A stretch of 64,000 bases of DNA from Candidatus Hatepunaea meridiana (GTDB lineage Bacteria > Electryoneota > AABM5-125-24 > Hatepunaeales > Hatepunaeaceae). The translations under genes and the position numbers were made by a program. Under the pieces are notes generated by a model. That model was not told where the DNA came from, did no database searches, and was given only the letters and a program-made list of their open reading frames with translations. The DNA is taken from contig JAVCDD010000176.1 in the NCBI GenBank assembly GCA_030765125.1, forward strand, positions 220 to 64,219, read 5' to 3'. Below, piece by piece: positions 48,559 through 58,248 of this stretch (position 1 is its first letter; every line of letters begins with the position of its first letter).

Positions 48559-48870
48559 TTAAACCTCGTTTATCCCTCTGTTAAGATATTCAGAAATTTC
48601 ACGCGCTTTCGCCTCAAAATCACTGAGTAATTGATCCTTGTCATCCTGAAGTTCGAAAAGTTTATCCGCTATATTCAAAGCTGCCAGAATGGCTAATCGA
48701 GACGGTGATTTCACGGAAGTCTGCTCTTCAATCTGATACATTTGTTCATCCACATAACGCGCAACTTTTCTAATATATTCCACGTTGCCTCGACTGCGAA
48801 TCGGGTATTCCTGACCATAAATGGTCACTTTTACTGCGTTTTCTGTTGAACCCTTATCAGTCATAGGCAT
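48559..48870 (-). CDS. zapA: Cell division protein ZapA
   Basis: VTIYGQEYPI, VARYVD, AILAALNIA. Confidence 0.9.
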   Translation of the reverse strand: MPMTDKGSTENAVKVTIYGQEYPIRSRGNVEYIRKVARYVDEQMYQIEEQTSVKSPSRLAILAALNIADKLFELQDDKDQLLSDFEAKAREISEYLNRGINEV

Positions 48871-48946
48871 ACTACTTTTTCTTGGGTTTATTGGAGGTTT
48901 GTAACCTATTCAATTTAGAAGATAACCTTGCCGCCCCAGACACAGG

Positions 48947-49204
48947 TTAAAAACCTTCTAATTTTGCCAGAAGTTCGTCTACTTTGCTCTTGATGCGTTC
49001 TTCTTTTTCTTTATCACGAACATTCTGGCGAACTTCAACAATTTCCTTGTCGAGTTCATCTTTAGCACGATGTAATTCAGCTATTTCAGCTTCCAGTCTT
49101 GCAACTCTCTCTGCAAATTCGTCCCTCTCTGTCTTCATCGAATGATATTTATCGAGGAACCGGGTTACCTGTTGGTCAAGATTATTTAAACTTGGTAGTT
49201 CCAT
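48947..49204 (-). CDS. ZapB-like coiled-coil protein
   Basis: 85-aa coiled coil between pheT and zapA. Confidence 0.65.
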   Translation of the reverse strand: MELPSLNNLDQQVTRFLDKYHSMKTERDEFAERVARLEAEIAELHRAKDELDKEIVEVRQNVRDKEKEERIKSKVDELLAKLEGF

Positions 49205-49234
49205 ATTGTAAGTTCCAGTATTAACAACGCTATT

Positions 49235-51901
49235 TTATGCTCGCAGAACTGCTCCGGCTTCATCAAGTGCCTTACTAACAATTCGTTTTATTGATTTGTC
49301 AACCTCGGCATCGGATAATGTCCGCTTAGCGCTGCGAAAAGTAAGGTGAAACGCTAACGATTTTTTTCCCACCGGAACGCCCTTGCCACTGAAAAGATCG
49401 AAAAGCTCAACCTCCGATAGATACTTTCCGCCATATTTTCCAAGGATCTCTTCCAGATTTCCAGCTTGAAGGTCATCATTAACGACAAAAGCAAGGTCAC
49501 GGAGTACTGCCGGATAACGAGGCAATTGTTGATAGCTCGGTACTGCTCCCGCTAATTCAAGCAGAACATCACCGTCAAAGTCGAAATACCATATGGGAAA
49601 ATCAACTCCATAAGCCTTGCATATATAAGAAGATATACGACCAGACAAGCCGACTTGACGGTTGCTATTTTGCTTCCCGGCAGCTTCGATTTTACAGGCG
49701 CCTGATAGTACTCTTATATCATAAGGATAAAAATCGATTTTGTCAAGTGAAATCTTACGTGAGAACTGTTTTATTAGTCCCTTTAGGTCATAAAAGTTCA
49801 AATCACGAGTTGTGTCCGTCCAGGACACAGGTCGAACCTCCCCTATTAATACCCCGGACAACCGATTTCCTTCGCAGACCTTGCCGTTTTCCATCCGAAA
49901 ACACTTACCCCATTCAAACAAGCGAGCGTTTGTTATACCGGCGTTGATACTGCGAGAGAGCGATTTCAGCAAAGACGGTCCTAAATTAGTTCGCAAGTGT
50001 GACATATCCTCGCTGAGTGGATTCAGTAGCGTCACTGGTTTTTCGGGAAGAGGAAATCCATCGGTGTCAGACGAAGGAACGAGTGAGGGATTGATAGCTT
50101 CTCTGAAACCCAATTCCACCAATGCCTGCTTGAACCTGCTGATCAAGCGGCGGGAATTTTCTCGTTTTGTATTGTAAGTTAGGAGTACTCCGGAAGTGAT
50201 TGCAGATTCGACCTTGTCGTAGCCGTAATGGCGTGCAACCTCTTCGATTAGATCAATCTCGCGTTCCAGGTCGTGCCGCCAGGATGGCGGGCTGACCTTC
50301 ACGAGATTAGACACAACTTCACAACCCAGTTTATCAAAAAACACAACCAGATCGCTTTCGGGAATACCGGTAGAGAGGAGCTTATCGACAATCTCACTCA
50401 GATCGTACTGCCAAGTCTTGGGCTCAACATCAATATCATCAGGGGGTGTAACCTCTTCACTCAGCAGTAACAGGAGTTTAGGTAGTGTTAGATCAACATT
50501 GGTCTCAATAAGCAACAATTTACTGATTACACTCAGGAAGTCTTCCCTGCTCAACGACGGTTTAACTTTGAAAATGATACTGTTTTTCACATCACAACCT
50601 AATCGCTTCAGCCACAGACTCATCTCTCCGGTGAAGATATTCGTCCCGAGGAGTTTGTTTGTGCGTTCGGACCTGAGCTTGATATGACGCTTCTTCCAGG
50701 GTTTTGGGTAGTTATCAACTATACCTTTCAGTACTTTTCCATCAGCAAACCGGTTGATAAGATATGCTGCCCGGTTGACAGCAAAGATCGTCATTTCAGG
50801 ATCAACACCGCGTTCAAAGCGGTAAGATGATTCCGAACTGATAGAATGATCGCGCGAAGTGATACGAATACCAACTGGTTCAAAGTAGGCACACTCCAAC
50901 AGCACATCTTCAGTATCATCCCTGATCTCGCTGTTCAAACCGCCCATAACGCCTGCCAGAGCGATTCCGCGCGATGGATCCGCAATAAGCAGGTTGCTTT
51001 CATTAAGAGTATGTTCTTTCTCATCGAGTGTGATGAACTTCTCACCCTTTTTAGCGGTGCGAACTACTATTTTGGCATCATTAACAAGGTGATAGTCGAA
51101 AGCATGCAAGGGGTGTCCCAATTCGAGCGCTACATAGTTGGTAATATCCACCACGTTTGAGATCGGTCTGACGCCGAGGTTACGGAGACGTTCCTGCATC
51201 CAGAGCGGTGCGGGAGCAATCTTCACACCGTTAACGATTCGAGCGGAATAGCGCGGGCATTTGTCGGGCGCTTGTATTTCGATGGTTAGTTTTTCGGATG
51301 CCGCTTGAGCGATCTCTTCGACTTCGGACTCCGGCATTTTCAATTCGATACCGGTGGCTGTGGATATTTCCCTCGCAATACCGAGGTGCGAGAGCCAGTC
51401 GCCGCGGTTGATGGTAATTTCGACATCGAAAATATAGTCTCTTTTCCCGATATAGTCGGTCAAGGGAGCGCCGATTGTAAAATCATCCGGCAGAACCATA
51501 ATCCCCGCAGCTTCATCGGAAATCCCAAGTTCCTTCTCGCTGCAGATCATCCCCTGCGACGTAACACCCTTGAGCTTACGTCTCGTAATCTTAAAGCCAC
51601 CGGGCAGCATAGATCCGACCGGCGCCACAGGCACTATCTGACCGGCAGCAACGTTGGGAGCGCCACATACAATACCGAGTGTTTCGCCTATACCGACGTC
51701 AACCTCGCAGTAGCTAAGATGATCGGTTTCCGGCACCGGTTCGCAGGTCAGTACTTTACCAATGACGACATTAGTCCACTCACCGCCAACCTCATCAAAA
51801 GAGTCAATATTCAGACCGATATTGGTCAGGAGGTCAGCAAGTTCCTCGGGTGAATGAGGGAAGTTTATTAGTTCTTTAAGCCAGTTGTAGGATGCTTTCA
51901 T
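49235..51901 (-). CDS. pheT: Phenylalanine-tRNA ligase beta subunit (with an insertion in B5)
   Basis: SYNWLKE, IVCGAPN, GMICS..ELG, RFERGVD, DLIEEVAR, FDX-ACB C-terminus. Confidence 0.96.
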   Translation of the reverse strand: MKASYNWLKELINFPHSPEELADLLTNIGLNIDSFDEVGGEWTNVVIGKVLTCEPVPETDHLSYCEVDVGIGETLGIVCGAPNVAAGQIVPVAPVGSMLPGGFKITRRKLKGVTSQGMICSEKELGISDEAAGIMVLPDDFTIGAPLTDYIGKRDYIFDVEITINRGDWLSHLGIAREISTATGIELKMPESEVEEIAQAASEKLTIEIQAPDKCPRYSARIVNGVKIAPAPLWMQERLRNLGVRPISNVVDITNYVALELGHPLHAFDYHLVNDAKIVVRTAKKGEKFITLDEKEHTLNESNLLIADPSRGIALAGVMGGLNSEIRDDTEDVLLECAYFEPVGIRITSRDHSISSESSYRFERGVDPEMTIFAVNRAAYLINRFADGKVLKGIVDNYPKPWKKRHIKLRSERTNKLLGTNIFTGEMSLWLKRLGCDVKNSIIFKVKPSLSREDFLSVISKLLLIETNVDLTLPKLLLLLSEEVTPPDDIDVEPKTWQYDLSEIVDKLLSTGIPESDLVVFFDKLGCEVVSNLVKVSPPSWRHDLEREIDLIEEVARHYGYDKVESAITSGVLLTYNTKRENSRRLISRFKQALVELGFREAINPSLVPSSDTDGFPLPEKPVTLLNPLSEDMSHLRTNLGPSLLKSLSRSINAGITNARLFEWGKCFRMENGKVCEGNRLSGVLIGEVRPVSWTDTTRDLNFYDLKGLIKQFSRKISLDKIDFYPYDIRVLSGACKIEAAGKQNSNRQVGLSGRISSYICKAYGVDFPIWYFDFDGDVLLELAGAVPSYQQLPRYPAVLRDLAFVVNDDLQAGNLEEILGKYGGKYLSEVELFDLFSGKGVPVGKKSLAFHLTFRSAKRTLSDAEVDKSIKRIVSKALDEAGAVLRA

Positions 51902-51946
51902 TATTTTTAATTGTCAATTGATGTTTATTGATTATTTTGTTCTTCA

Positions 51947-52879
51947 CTAAACAGTCGTTTCGTCAGGTCTTGGAATAGTAACTCCACAAGTACCATCAAA
52001 GTGCTTTTCTCGCTTTTTTTCTGATGAAAGATTTTTGTAGCCTTCACTTTCAACCAATTTCTTGAAACATGCTCTGACTATTTGCCATAGTTCGTTTAGT
52101 TTATCAAGATTTCTTTTACTATCTTTATCGGAAACTAAATGTAATTGTCCGTGCACTATCCTTGATCGAATGTTATAGAACTCTTCTATTCTTTCTTTAT
52201 TAAAATTACCGTCTTTAAGGTAATCTGAAATCCTTTTGCATATCAAATCTTTCGTGTTAGCACCCGATTTTTTTCTTCCAAATATTGCTTCTAATGCACA
52301 TGACCAATGTAGATATGCTCCAACCCAATTCGAATCAAACAATCCTCTTAATAACAGGAAAACGGCATTATGTAATCTTTTTGATGTTTTCTCCATCCGT
52401 ATAAGTTTTATACAAAATTCTTCAACCTCTTCCATTTTCTGTTTATTAACGGTTATCCTTTCCGGTTTATTAATGTATTTGATTGTGATTGAATCTCTCC
52501 AACAAGAACTAGGCTCATCTGGATATAGAAAATACTCAACTGAAACCGGATGATTTAATGCCAGATGAAAGGATACTAATAGTAAATGTACATCTACTAA
52601 ATAATTCTTTTTTAAATAGTTCTTATTCTCAATAATTTCTAAAGCATTTTGTAGTTTTGAAATCCTTACAGTATATTTTTTAGATATTTCAGGAGATTCA
52701 ATAGTCTGATAAAACCTTACTAATCTTGCATTGATACATTTAAACTCGTATTCTACTTCCCCTCTTCGACTAATGCTTGGATGAGAATATTTGAAATCAA
52801 TAAGTGGAATTAATACCATCTTAGAATTGCGATCATGTCTTTTACTATCCATTCTGTTTTTTATCCCCTTCAAATTCAT
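51947..52879 (-). CDS. ApeA-like HEPN domain protein
   Basis: ALEAIF..YNIRSRIVHG (R-x4-H); AT-rich insertion between pheS and pheT; start uncertain. Confidence 0.7.
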   Translation of the reverse strand: MNLKGIKNRMDSKRHDRNSKMVLIPLIDFKYSHPSISRRGEVEYEFKCINARLVRFYQTIESPEISKKYTVRISKLQNALEIIENKNYLKKNYLVDVHLLLVSFHLALNHPVSVEYFLYPDEPSSCWRDSITIKYINKPERITVNKQKMEEVEEFCIKLIRMEKTSKRLHNAVFLLLRGLFDSNWVGAYLHWSCALEAIFGRKKSGANTKDLICKRISDYLKDGNFNKERIEEFYNIRSRIVHGQLHLVSDKDSKRNLDKLNELWQIVRACFKKLVESEGYKNLSSEKKREKHFDGTCGVTIPRPDETTV

Positions 52880-52944
52880 CAACCTGCCTCGTAATACACC
52901 GACAGAACTCCAGCACAACCAAAGACCAAAGACCAAAGACTCCC

Positions 52945-53976
52945 TTAGAACTGCTCCAAAAACCTCAAATCATTCTCATAAAACAGCCGAATATCATCCA
53001 CCCCATATTTAAGCATCGCAATCCTTTCAATCCCTAATCCAAACGCCCAGCCGGTATATACTTCCGAGTCGATTCCTACACCTTCCAGTACGTTCGGATC
53101 AACCATCCCCGATCCACCCATCTCTAACCAGCCGGACTTTTTGCAAACACGGCAGCCTTTGCCTTTGCAGAATATGCAGGTAACGTCCACCTCCGCAGAG
53201 GGCTCTGTGAAGGGGAAGAAGTGCGGGCGGAAACGGGTCTCTGTGTCCGGTCCGAAGATCGCCCGGTAAAACGTCAGCACGGTTCCCTTCAGATCAGCCA
53301 TCGTTACACCCTTGTCTACATAGAGTCCCTCGACCTGCATAAAGATCGGTGAGTGCGAGGCGTCCGGTTTATCATTGCGGTAGACGCGTCCGGGAGCTAT
53401 GATGCGAATTGGTGGCTTCTGCCGTTCCATTACCCGGATCTGAACGGGTGACGTTTCTGTACGCAGCAGCCAACTCTTATGTTTTTCAGCAGGTAGATCA
53501 AGGTAAAAGGTATCGGTCAGATCACGCGCCGGGTGCCAGAATGGCGTGTTGAGGGCATCAAAGTTGTAATAAGCGGTCTCCGCTTCCGGACCGGTTTCCA
53601 CAACGAAACCCATCCCGCGAAAGATGTCTATGATCTCATCCATAATATAGGTTAGGGGATGTAATCCGCCGATGAAGTCTTTGCGACCAGGTAACGTGTG
53701 GTCAAGTAATTCCTTTTTGTGACCGATTGCGCCCAGTGTTTTCTTTAGCTCATCAAGCTGGTTTGAAACAATATTCTTGATTTCATTCAGCGTCTTACCG
53801 AAGGCACGCCGTTCTTCAGGCGGGATTTCACGCATTCGGTCGAATTGCGTAGAGATAATCCCCTTGCGTCCCAGGTAATCTACACGCAGTTGTTCCAATG
53901 CTTTCAGGTCTCTTATATCGGAGGCTTCGGTTTTGAATTTTTCTTTTAAGCTGTTTACTTCTTCTATTAAACTCAT
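52945..53976 (-). CDS. pheS: Phenylalanine-tRNA ligase alpha subunit
   Basis: GGLHP, HPAR..DTFY, LLRTETS, FPFTEPS, AFGLGIER. Confidence 0.97.
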   Translation of the reverse strand: MSLIEEVNSLKEKFKTEASDIRDLKALEQLRVDYLGRKGIISTQFDRMREIPPEERRAFGKTLNEIKNIVSNQLDELKKTLGAIGHKKELLDHTLPGRKDFIGGLHPLTYIMDEIIDIFRGMGFVVETGPEAETAYYNFDALNTPFWHPARDLTDTFYLDLPAEKHKSWLLRTETSPVQIRVMERQKPPIRIIAPGRVYRNDKPDASHSPIFMQVEGLYVDKGVTMADLKGTVLTFYRAIFGPDTETRFRPHFFPFTEPSAEVDVTCIFCKGKGCRVCKKSGWLEMGGSGMVDPNVLEGVGIDSEVYTGWAFGLGIERIAMLKYGVDDIRLFYENDLRFLEQF

Positions 53977-54023
53977 TTACTAAAATCCTTGATTTTCCTT
54001 TTTAAGTGAGGATGCTTTCAATA

Positions 54024-54059
54024 TTAGTTAAGAATTATTGTTGTGTCGAGTAGATACAT
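54024..54059 (-). pseudogene. Stub of a PIN/VapC toxin gene
   Basis: ATG overlapping the antitoxin end gives MYLLDTTIILN-stop. Confidence 0.55.
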
Positions 54060-54291
54060 CTTCATTCCTCCATTCCAGTGCCAAATGTTGAAGTTCAACT
54101 GAAGTGAATTTATCTCTTAAGTGCCGTAAATCACCCTTCCAATCCAGCTTGAACTGACCTTCTGGTTTGTTATCATTCTCAGACAACAACGAATCAATAA
54201 TACTTTCTAATCGCTGTTGCAACTCAGGTGATAAAGCCCTGATTTTCTCTTCAAGAGTTAACACTCTTTCCTTTTCTTCTGTTTCTACCAT
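54028..54291 (-). CDS. DUF2281-like antitoxin
   Basis: LSPELQQ..LDWKGDLRHLRDKFTSVELQHLALEWR; AAGGAG RBS before ATG 54291. Confidence 0.7.
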   Translation of the reverse strand: MVETEEKERVLTLEEKIRALSPELQQRLESIIDSLLSENDNKPEGQFKLDWKGDLRHLRDKFTSVELQHLALEWRNEDVSTRHNNNS

Positions 54292-54328
54292 ATTGATCTC
54301 CTTTCGCTCTGAAATAGTAATATAACGC

Positions 54329-54353
54329 AAAAACGGGCGGAGACCGCCCGTTT
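54329..54353 (-). terminator. Rho-independent terminator after rplT
   Basis: AAACGGGCGG/CCGCCCGTTT hairpin with T-run on the minus strand. Confidence 0.7.
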
Positions 54354-54383
54354 GCTCTGATTACAAGAATTGCTGACCGAGTT

Positions 54384-54740
54384 TTACTGCAAGGCGGCGT
54401 TAGCCTGCTCGGCCAGCGCCTTAAACTCGAAGGGTTTGTTGACAGCCAATTCGGCTAAAATCTTCCTATCAACCTCTACATTTAATAAAGATAAACCGTG
54501 CATAAACTTTGAGTAACTTAGCCCGTGCTCGCGGCTGGCGGCGTTAATACGCATTATCCAGAGACGACGGAAGTCACCTGGGCGTTTCCGCCGGTGAGCG
54601 TAACTATACATTCCGGCTCGGTTGACTGCGTCCCGGAGTGTCCGTAACTGACGGCTGCGAGCCCCGTAATACCCACGCGCTTGTTTACGCAGCTTTTTAC
54701 GGCGTTTGTGTGATGCGACTGCGTTTCTTGATCTTGACAT
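54384..54740 (-). CDS. rplT: 50S ribosomal protein L20
   Basis: ARGYYG, FRRLWIMRINAA, DRKILAELA. Confidence 0.97.
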   Translation of the reverse strand: MSRSRNAVASHKRRKKLRKQARGYYGARSRQLRTLRDAVNRAGMYSYAHRRKRPGDFRRLWIMRINAASREHGLSYSKFMHGLSLLNVEVDRKILAELAVNKPFEFKALAEQANAALQ

Positions 54741-54749
54741 AATTCTTCC

Positions 54750-54944
54750 CTATCCTAAAAGCATACGTTGAATCCTGCGCGCCTCAATAGCGACGACCTG
54801 TCCGGCTTTACGCAAATGTCTTTTACGGTCAGGGGATTTACTTGTGAATTTATGGCCGGCATGCGAATGCCCGCGTTTAACTTTACCGGTAGCGGAAAGT
54901 TTGAACCTTTTTTTAGCCGCCCGGTTGGATTTCATCTTTGGCAT
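54750..54944 (-). CDS. rpmI: 50S ribosomal protein L35
   Basis: MPKMKS..AAKKRFK..GK. Confidence 0.96.
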   Translation of the reverse strand: MPKMKSNRAAKKRFKLSATGKVKRGHSHAGHKFTSKSPDRKRHLRKAGQVVAIEARRIQRMLLG

Positions 54945-54982
54945 ATTTATTATTCCTGCTTAATTTTAATTTTAAAAACAAT

Positions 54983-55143
54983 AATTGTTATTTTGCTAAA
55001 TTGTTAAATTGTTTGATTGTTTATTTGCTCTATTGTCTCATTGTTTCATTGTTCAAAGTGATTCAATGTTTTTAACAATACAGCAATATAGCAGTATAGC
55101 AATATAGCAATTTAACAATCAAACAATCTAACAATTTAACAAT
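54983..55143. repeat. Inverted pair of degenerate octamer arrays, (ATTGTTNN)n then (NNAACAAT)n
   Basis: 8-nt periodicity on both arms; similar arrays at about 21655, 21840, 24228, 24893, 26750, 57900. Confidence 0.75.
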
Positions 55144-55180
55144 TTATAAAGCCCACAATTAGTAGGCTGCACTCGAATTA

Positions 55181-55738
55181 TCACTTACCCTTCTTCTTGA
55201 CAAGCACCACCGAGAGGTTATTAGCGCCTTCCATTCTGGCGCTGCCATCAGGTACGGCAATATCGGATAAACTCTCAACCATTCTGGTAAGCACTTCATC
55301 AGCAATGTCTTTACGAGTAACCATCCGGCCTCGCATAGTTATTAATACTTTTACACGGTGACCGGCTTCTATAAATCGTCTCCCTGCAGAAAGTTTAACG
55401 TTAAAATCGTGCGTGTCAATATTCGGTTTAAGTTGAACCCTCTTGACCTGAACATTATGCTGTTTCTTCCGTGCGTCTTTCTGCTTCTTGGTCTGCTCAT
55501 AACGGTATTTACCATAGTCAATTACTTTGCAGACAGGCGGTTTGGCAGCAGGGGCAATTTCAACCAGATCAAGTCCTGCATCCCTGGCAATACCAAGCGC
55601 TTTGACAATATCTACTACTCCAGCTTGTTTGCCGTCTGATCCGATCAATCGTACAGGACTGGCAGTGATCTCGCTGTTTATACGCGGTGCCTTAACCCGA
55701 TCCCGACTTTGAAAACTGCGACCCTGGAAATTAGCTAT
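55181..55738 (-). CDS. infC: Translation initiation factor IF-3, probable non-ATG start
   Basis: RINSEI..VRLI, DLVEIAP..PPVCKVIDYGK; GGGGGA then ATT/ATA (55741/55738), no in-frame ATG. Confidence 0.93.
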   Translation of the reverse strand: MANFQGRSFQSRDRVKAPRINSEITASPVRLIGSDGKQAGVVDIVKALGIARDAGLDLVEIAPAAKPPVCKVIDYGKYRYEQTKKQKDARKKQHNVQVKRVQLKPNIDTHDFNVKLSAGRRFIEAGHRVKVLITMRGRMVTRKDIADEVLTRMVESLSDIAVPDGSARMEGANNLSVVLVKKKGK

Positions 55739-56018
55739 AATTCCCCCATACACACTTGAAACGTGTGTTAAAAACACTAACAATAATGATAATGTTACTC
55801 CGTTTAGACTGCGATTTGTATTTATTTATTAATATTCATACCGCATTATGCGGCTTTTAATATGATAATTCTTATCAGTCGTTAGTATTTGCGACACTCT
55901 TGTCGCAAATAGTTAGTAGATGCGACACTCTTGTCGCATGATGTTCCAAAGGGACATAAATAAATTCACAATTCATTAAAAAGGAATGTCTATCCTATCC
56001 ACTCCGCGGTAAAAATCA

Positions 56019-57734
56019 TCACTCTAATTCGCTTTTCATCCGCTCAATTAATATATCTACACTCATCGCACCTAAATTCCCTTCCCCACGTCGTCTGAGT
56101 GAAACCTGGTCGTTTTCAGCCTCCCGAGCGCCGATAATCAACATATACGGTACTTTGGCAAGTTCAGCGTCTCTGATCTTGCGCCCGATCTTCTCTGCGC
56201 GCCAATCAACTCGACAACGAATACCTTCAGCACATAAACGATCATAGGTTTTTCTAACAGCATCGTGTTCTTTATCTGTGATCGGTAATAATACCGCCTG
56301 TTCAGGCGCCAGCCAGAGTGGGAAGTCACCGCCGTAGTGTTCGATCAGGATGCCGATGAACCGTTCCATCGCACCAAGTATCGTCCTATGCAGCATCACA
56401 GGATGATGCGGTTGATTGTCGGAACCTATATATTCAAGATCAAACCGCTGCGGGAAATTGAAATCCAACTGTATTGTGCTGCACTGCCAGCTTCGTCCTA
56501 ACGCATCGACAACATGAAAATCAATCTTGGGTCCGTAAAAAGCGCCTTCGCCTTTGTTTACATCGTAATCATAATGTCCTTGATCCAAAGCCGTTATAAG
56601 CGCTTCTTCTGCATTGTCCCATAGTTCATCAGAACCGATACGATCCTTTGGACGAGTGGAAAGTTCCATCGAGATATCAGTTAAGTTAAAATGTTCGAAT
56701 ACCTCAAAAACCAGTTTAATCATCGCTGAAACTTCATCAACGATCTGATCGGGTGTGCAGAAGATGTGAGCGTCATCCTGGGTGATGTGCCTGACCCGGA
56801 ACAACCCGTGCAACGTTCCGGATTTCTCGTAGCGATGGACAATACCCATTTCCGCCCAACGCAACGGCAGGTCACGATAGCTCCATTGCCGTTCCTTGTA
56901 CATCAGCACAGCGCCTGGGCAATTCATCGGTCTCACAGCGTAATCACGATCATCCAGGGTCGTGAAGTACATATTGTTGTGATAGTGATCCCAATGCCCG
57001 GAACGTTCCCATAAATCCCTGGTCATAATAAGCGGTGAGCTTATCTGTCCATAACCCCGGCGTGTGAGCAGCTTGCGCATATAATCATCAATGAGATGGA
57101 ACAGTATTTCACCTTTAGGATGCCAGAACGGCGCCCCCGGAGCTTCCGGGTGGAAACTGAACAGGTCCATCTGCTTGCCAATAATACGATGATCCCGCTT
57201 CTTTGCTTCTTCGAGCTTCATCAGGTGCACTTTTAGCTGCTTGGGCGTTGGATAAGCAATCCCATATATCCGTTGCAGCATCTGATTCCGTTCGTCACCA
57301 CGCCAATAAGCGCCCGTGAGTGAAAGCAGCTTGAAATGCTTGATTAAACCGGTAGAAGCGATATGCGGACCGCGGCAGAGATCGGTAAATTCACCTTGTG
57401 AATAGACCGATATCTGTTCGTCAAGTTCCTCTATTAACTCGAGCTTATAATCCTGGTTTTCCTTTGCAAAGAACAGTTTCGCTTCATCTGGTGAAAGTTC
57501 CGAGCGTGTTATCGACAGATCCTCTTCCACAATTCTCTTCATCTCGGCTTCTATCTTAGGCAACTCATCGGATGAAATGGTCTCGCCAAAGTCGAAATCG
57601 TAGTAAAAGCCATTCTTAATCGCTGGACCAATCCCGAGTTTAACATCGGGATAAAGCCGCTTGACAGCCTGGGCTAACAGATGAGCAGACGAATGCCAGA
57701 ATATTTCAAGCGTCTGCGGAGAATTTGGATTCAT
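56019..57734 (-). CDS. thrS: Threonine-tRNA ligase (no N-terminal TGS domain)
   Basis: HSSAHLLAQA, DLCRGPH, GAYWRG, RDHR, PMNCP, FYGPKID. Confidence 0.97.
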   Translation of the reverse strand: MNPNSPQTLEIFWHSSAHLLAQAVKRLYPDVKLGIGPAIKNGFYYDFDFGETISSDELPKIEAEMKRIVEEDLSITRSELSPDEAKLFFAKENQDYKLELIEELDEQISVYSQGEFTDLCRGPHIASTGLIKHFKLLSLTGAYWRGDERNQMLQRIYGIAYPTPKQLKVHLMKLEEAKKRDHRIIGKQMDLFSFHPEAPGAPFWHPKGEILFHLIDDYMRKLLTRRGYGQISSPLIMTRDLWERSGHWDHYHNNMYFTTLDDRDYAVRPMNCPGAVLMYKERQWSYRDLPLRWAEMGIVHRYEKSGTLHGLFRVRHITQDDAHIFCTPDQIVDEVSAMIKLVFEVFEHFNLTDISMELSTRPKDRIGSDELWDNAEEALITALDQGHYDYDVNKGEGAFYGPKIDFHVVDALGRSWQCSTIQLDFNFPQRFDLEYIGSDNQPHHPVMLHRTILGAMERFIGILIEHYGGDFPLWLAPEQAVLLPITDKEHDAVRKTYDRLCAEGIRCRVDWRAEKIGRKIRDAELAKVPYMLIIGAREAENDQVSLRRRGEGNLGAMSVDILIERMKSELE

Positions 57735-57820
57735 TCGTTTTAAAGTTTAGAGTTCACGCTTCAGCGTGTCTTTTCGGGAGTTTAGAGTCCACCTAATGAA
57801 TATCCAGTAATTTAGGCTTG

Positions 57821-57895
57821 TGGGCGATAGTGGAGTCGAACCACCGACCTCTTGCATGTCACGCAAGCGCTCTAACCAAGCTGAGCTAATCGCCC
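57821..57895 (-). tRNA. tRNA-Val(GAC)
   Basis: GGGCGATTAGCTCAG..CTTGC-GTGACAT-GCAAG..GTTCGACTC..CGCCCA; CCA not encoded. Confidence 0.93.
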
Positions 57896-57976
57896 GGAAT
57901 TGATGTTGTAATATTGTGATGTTGTAATGCTGTAATTACGAAATCACAACATTACAACATCACAATATTTATTTCG

Positions 57977-58062
57977 TGCCGAGGGCCGGAATCGAACCGG
58001 CACGACCTTATGAGATCGAGGGATTTTAAGTCCCTTGTGTCTACCTATTCCACCACCCCGGC
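57977..58062 (-). tRNA. tRNA-Leu(TAA)
   Basis: GCCGGGGTGGTGGAA..AGGGA-CTTAAAA-TCCCT, long variable arm, GTTCGATTC. Confidence 0.93.
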
Positions 58063-58110
58063 TTAATAGGCTTTGGGCTCTTGGTTTTCTAAAGCCCAAA
58101 AGCCTATCTG

Positions 58111-58183
58111 AGGCGGCGATCGGACTCGAACCGATGAATAGAGGTTTTGCAGACCTCCGCCTTAGCCACTTGGCTACGCCGCC
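58111..58183 (-). tRNA. tRNA-Cys(GCA)
   Basis: GGCGGCGTAGCCAAG..GAGGT-CTGCAAA-ACCTC..GTTCGAGTC..GCCGCCT. Confidence 0.93.
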
Positions 58184-58219
58184 ATATTGATTATTTCATA
58201 AACTATAAACGAGCTATTA

Positions 58220-58248
58220 AATATAAGATAGTCATTGCTGAATGTCAA
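58220..58248 (-). promoter_or_regulatory. Putative sigma70 promoter of the tRNA-thrS operon
   Basis: TTGACA-17 nt-TATATT. Confidence 0.7.

Noticed and set aside
55886-55940. Paired TGCGACACTCTTGTCGCA palindromes as a regulator site
   Set aside because: Cannot be told apart from another small REP-like family with only two adjacent copies.
56019-57734. thrS as a truncated pseudogene
   Set aside because: Only the dispensable N-terminal TGS domain is missing; editing, catalytic and anticodon domains are intact.
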